A stretch of 5,100 bases of DNA from the NCBI RefSeq assembly GCF_006345805.1, contig NW_021830134.1, positions 1 through 5,100 on the forward strand. Reading direction: 5' to 3'. Source of the DNA: Octopus sinensis (Eukaryota). Under the pieces are notes generated by a model. That model was not told the DNA's origin and did no database searches. It saw nothing but the letters and a program-made list of their open reading frames with translations. The stretch's first letter is position 1, and the number at the start of each line of letters is the position of its first letter. Of this stretch, positions 4,900 through 5,100 are shown piece by piece. Position numbers and translations under genes: made by a program.

Positions 4900-5100
4900 C
4901 TATATTTTATACATAAAAAATACAAAAATGGGACAACAAAGCAAAACAGCCAGACGGTTAGGTGAAAGAAGATATGGAAAACAAAATATCCAGACAGACG
5001 ATACAAGGAAAACAAGGGCGGATCATTCGGAGTTTTTTTATCCTCAGTCGAGTTCCAGATTATCTTTGCGATTCGAGTATAACCAGCCGAAATTGCAAAG
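4900..5100. mobile_element. putative fragment of an octopus interspersed repeat, class uncertain, ending in a fold-back junction
   Basis: AAAATGGGACAA...CAAAATATCCAGACAGACGATACAAGGAAAACAAGG...TCATTCGGAG...CCTCAGTCGAGTTCCAGATTATCTTTGC resembles a repeat I recall from octopus genomic sequence. Unverified; boundaries approximate. Confidence 0.4.

Noticed and set aside
4195-5015. Several Ile/Tyr-rich ORFs on both strands
   Set aside because: (TA)n has no in-frame stop in the ATA/TAT register; these are pure repeat artefacts.
5021-5048. Hammerhead ribozyme core on the minus strand (CTGAGGA...CCGAAT)
   Set aside because: CUGANGA is present, but there is no convincing stem II, GAAA is replaced by GAAU, and I could not build stems I and III.

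Overview
Eukaryotic genomic DNA, most likely an octopus (inferred from recognisable octopus-type SINEs and the microsatellite load). The window contains one very large internal coding exon (1771-3989, + strand, 2219 nt, phase 0 to phase 2) of a FREM1-like (FRAS1-related extracellular matrix) gene. It encodes the C-terminal part of the FREM N-terminal domain, four complete CSPG/NG2 (cadherin-like) repeats and part of a fifth. The upstream intron is a stack of repeats: the 3' end of a SINE (1-59), a strand-switching (AAT)n/(ATT)n microsatellite, and a 5'-truncated R4/Dong-type non-LTR retrotransposon on the minus strand. That element's 60-codon ORF end (705-887) is missing from the ORF track, and it sits between two (TAA)n tracts. 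Next come a dimeric tRNA-derived SINE (965-1348, minus) and a 2 x 121 bp tandem duplication. The downstream intron holds a (TA)n array punctuated by TGCATG motifs and a probable fold-back repeat junction at the window edge. There are no prokaryotic features or CRISPR arrays. All other listed ORFs look like microsatellite or antisense artefacts. Family assignments come from recalled sequences, not from searches.
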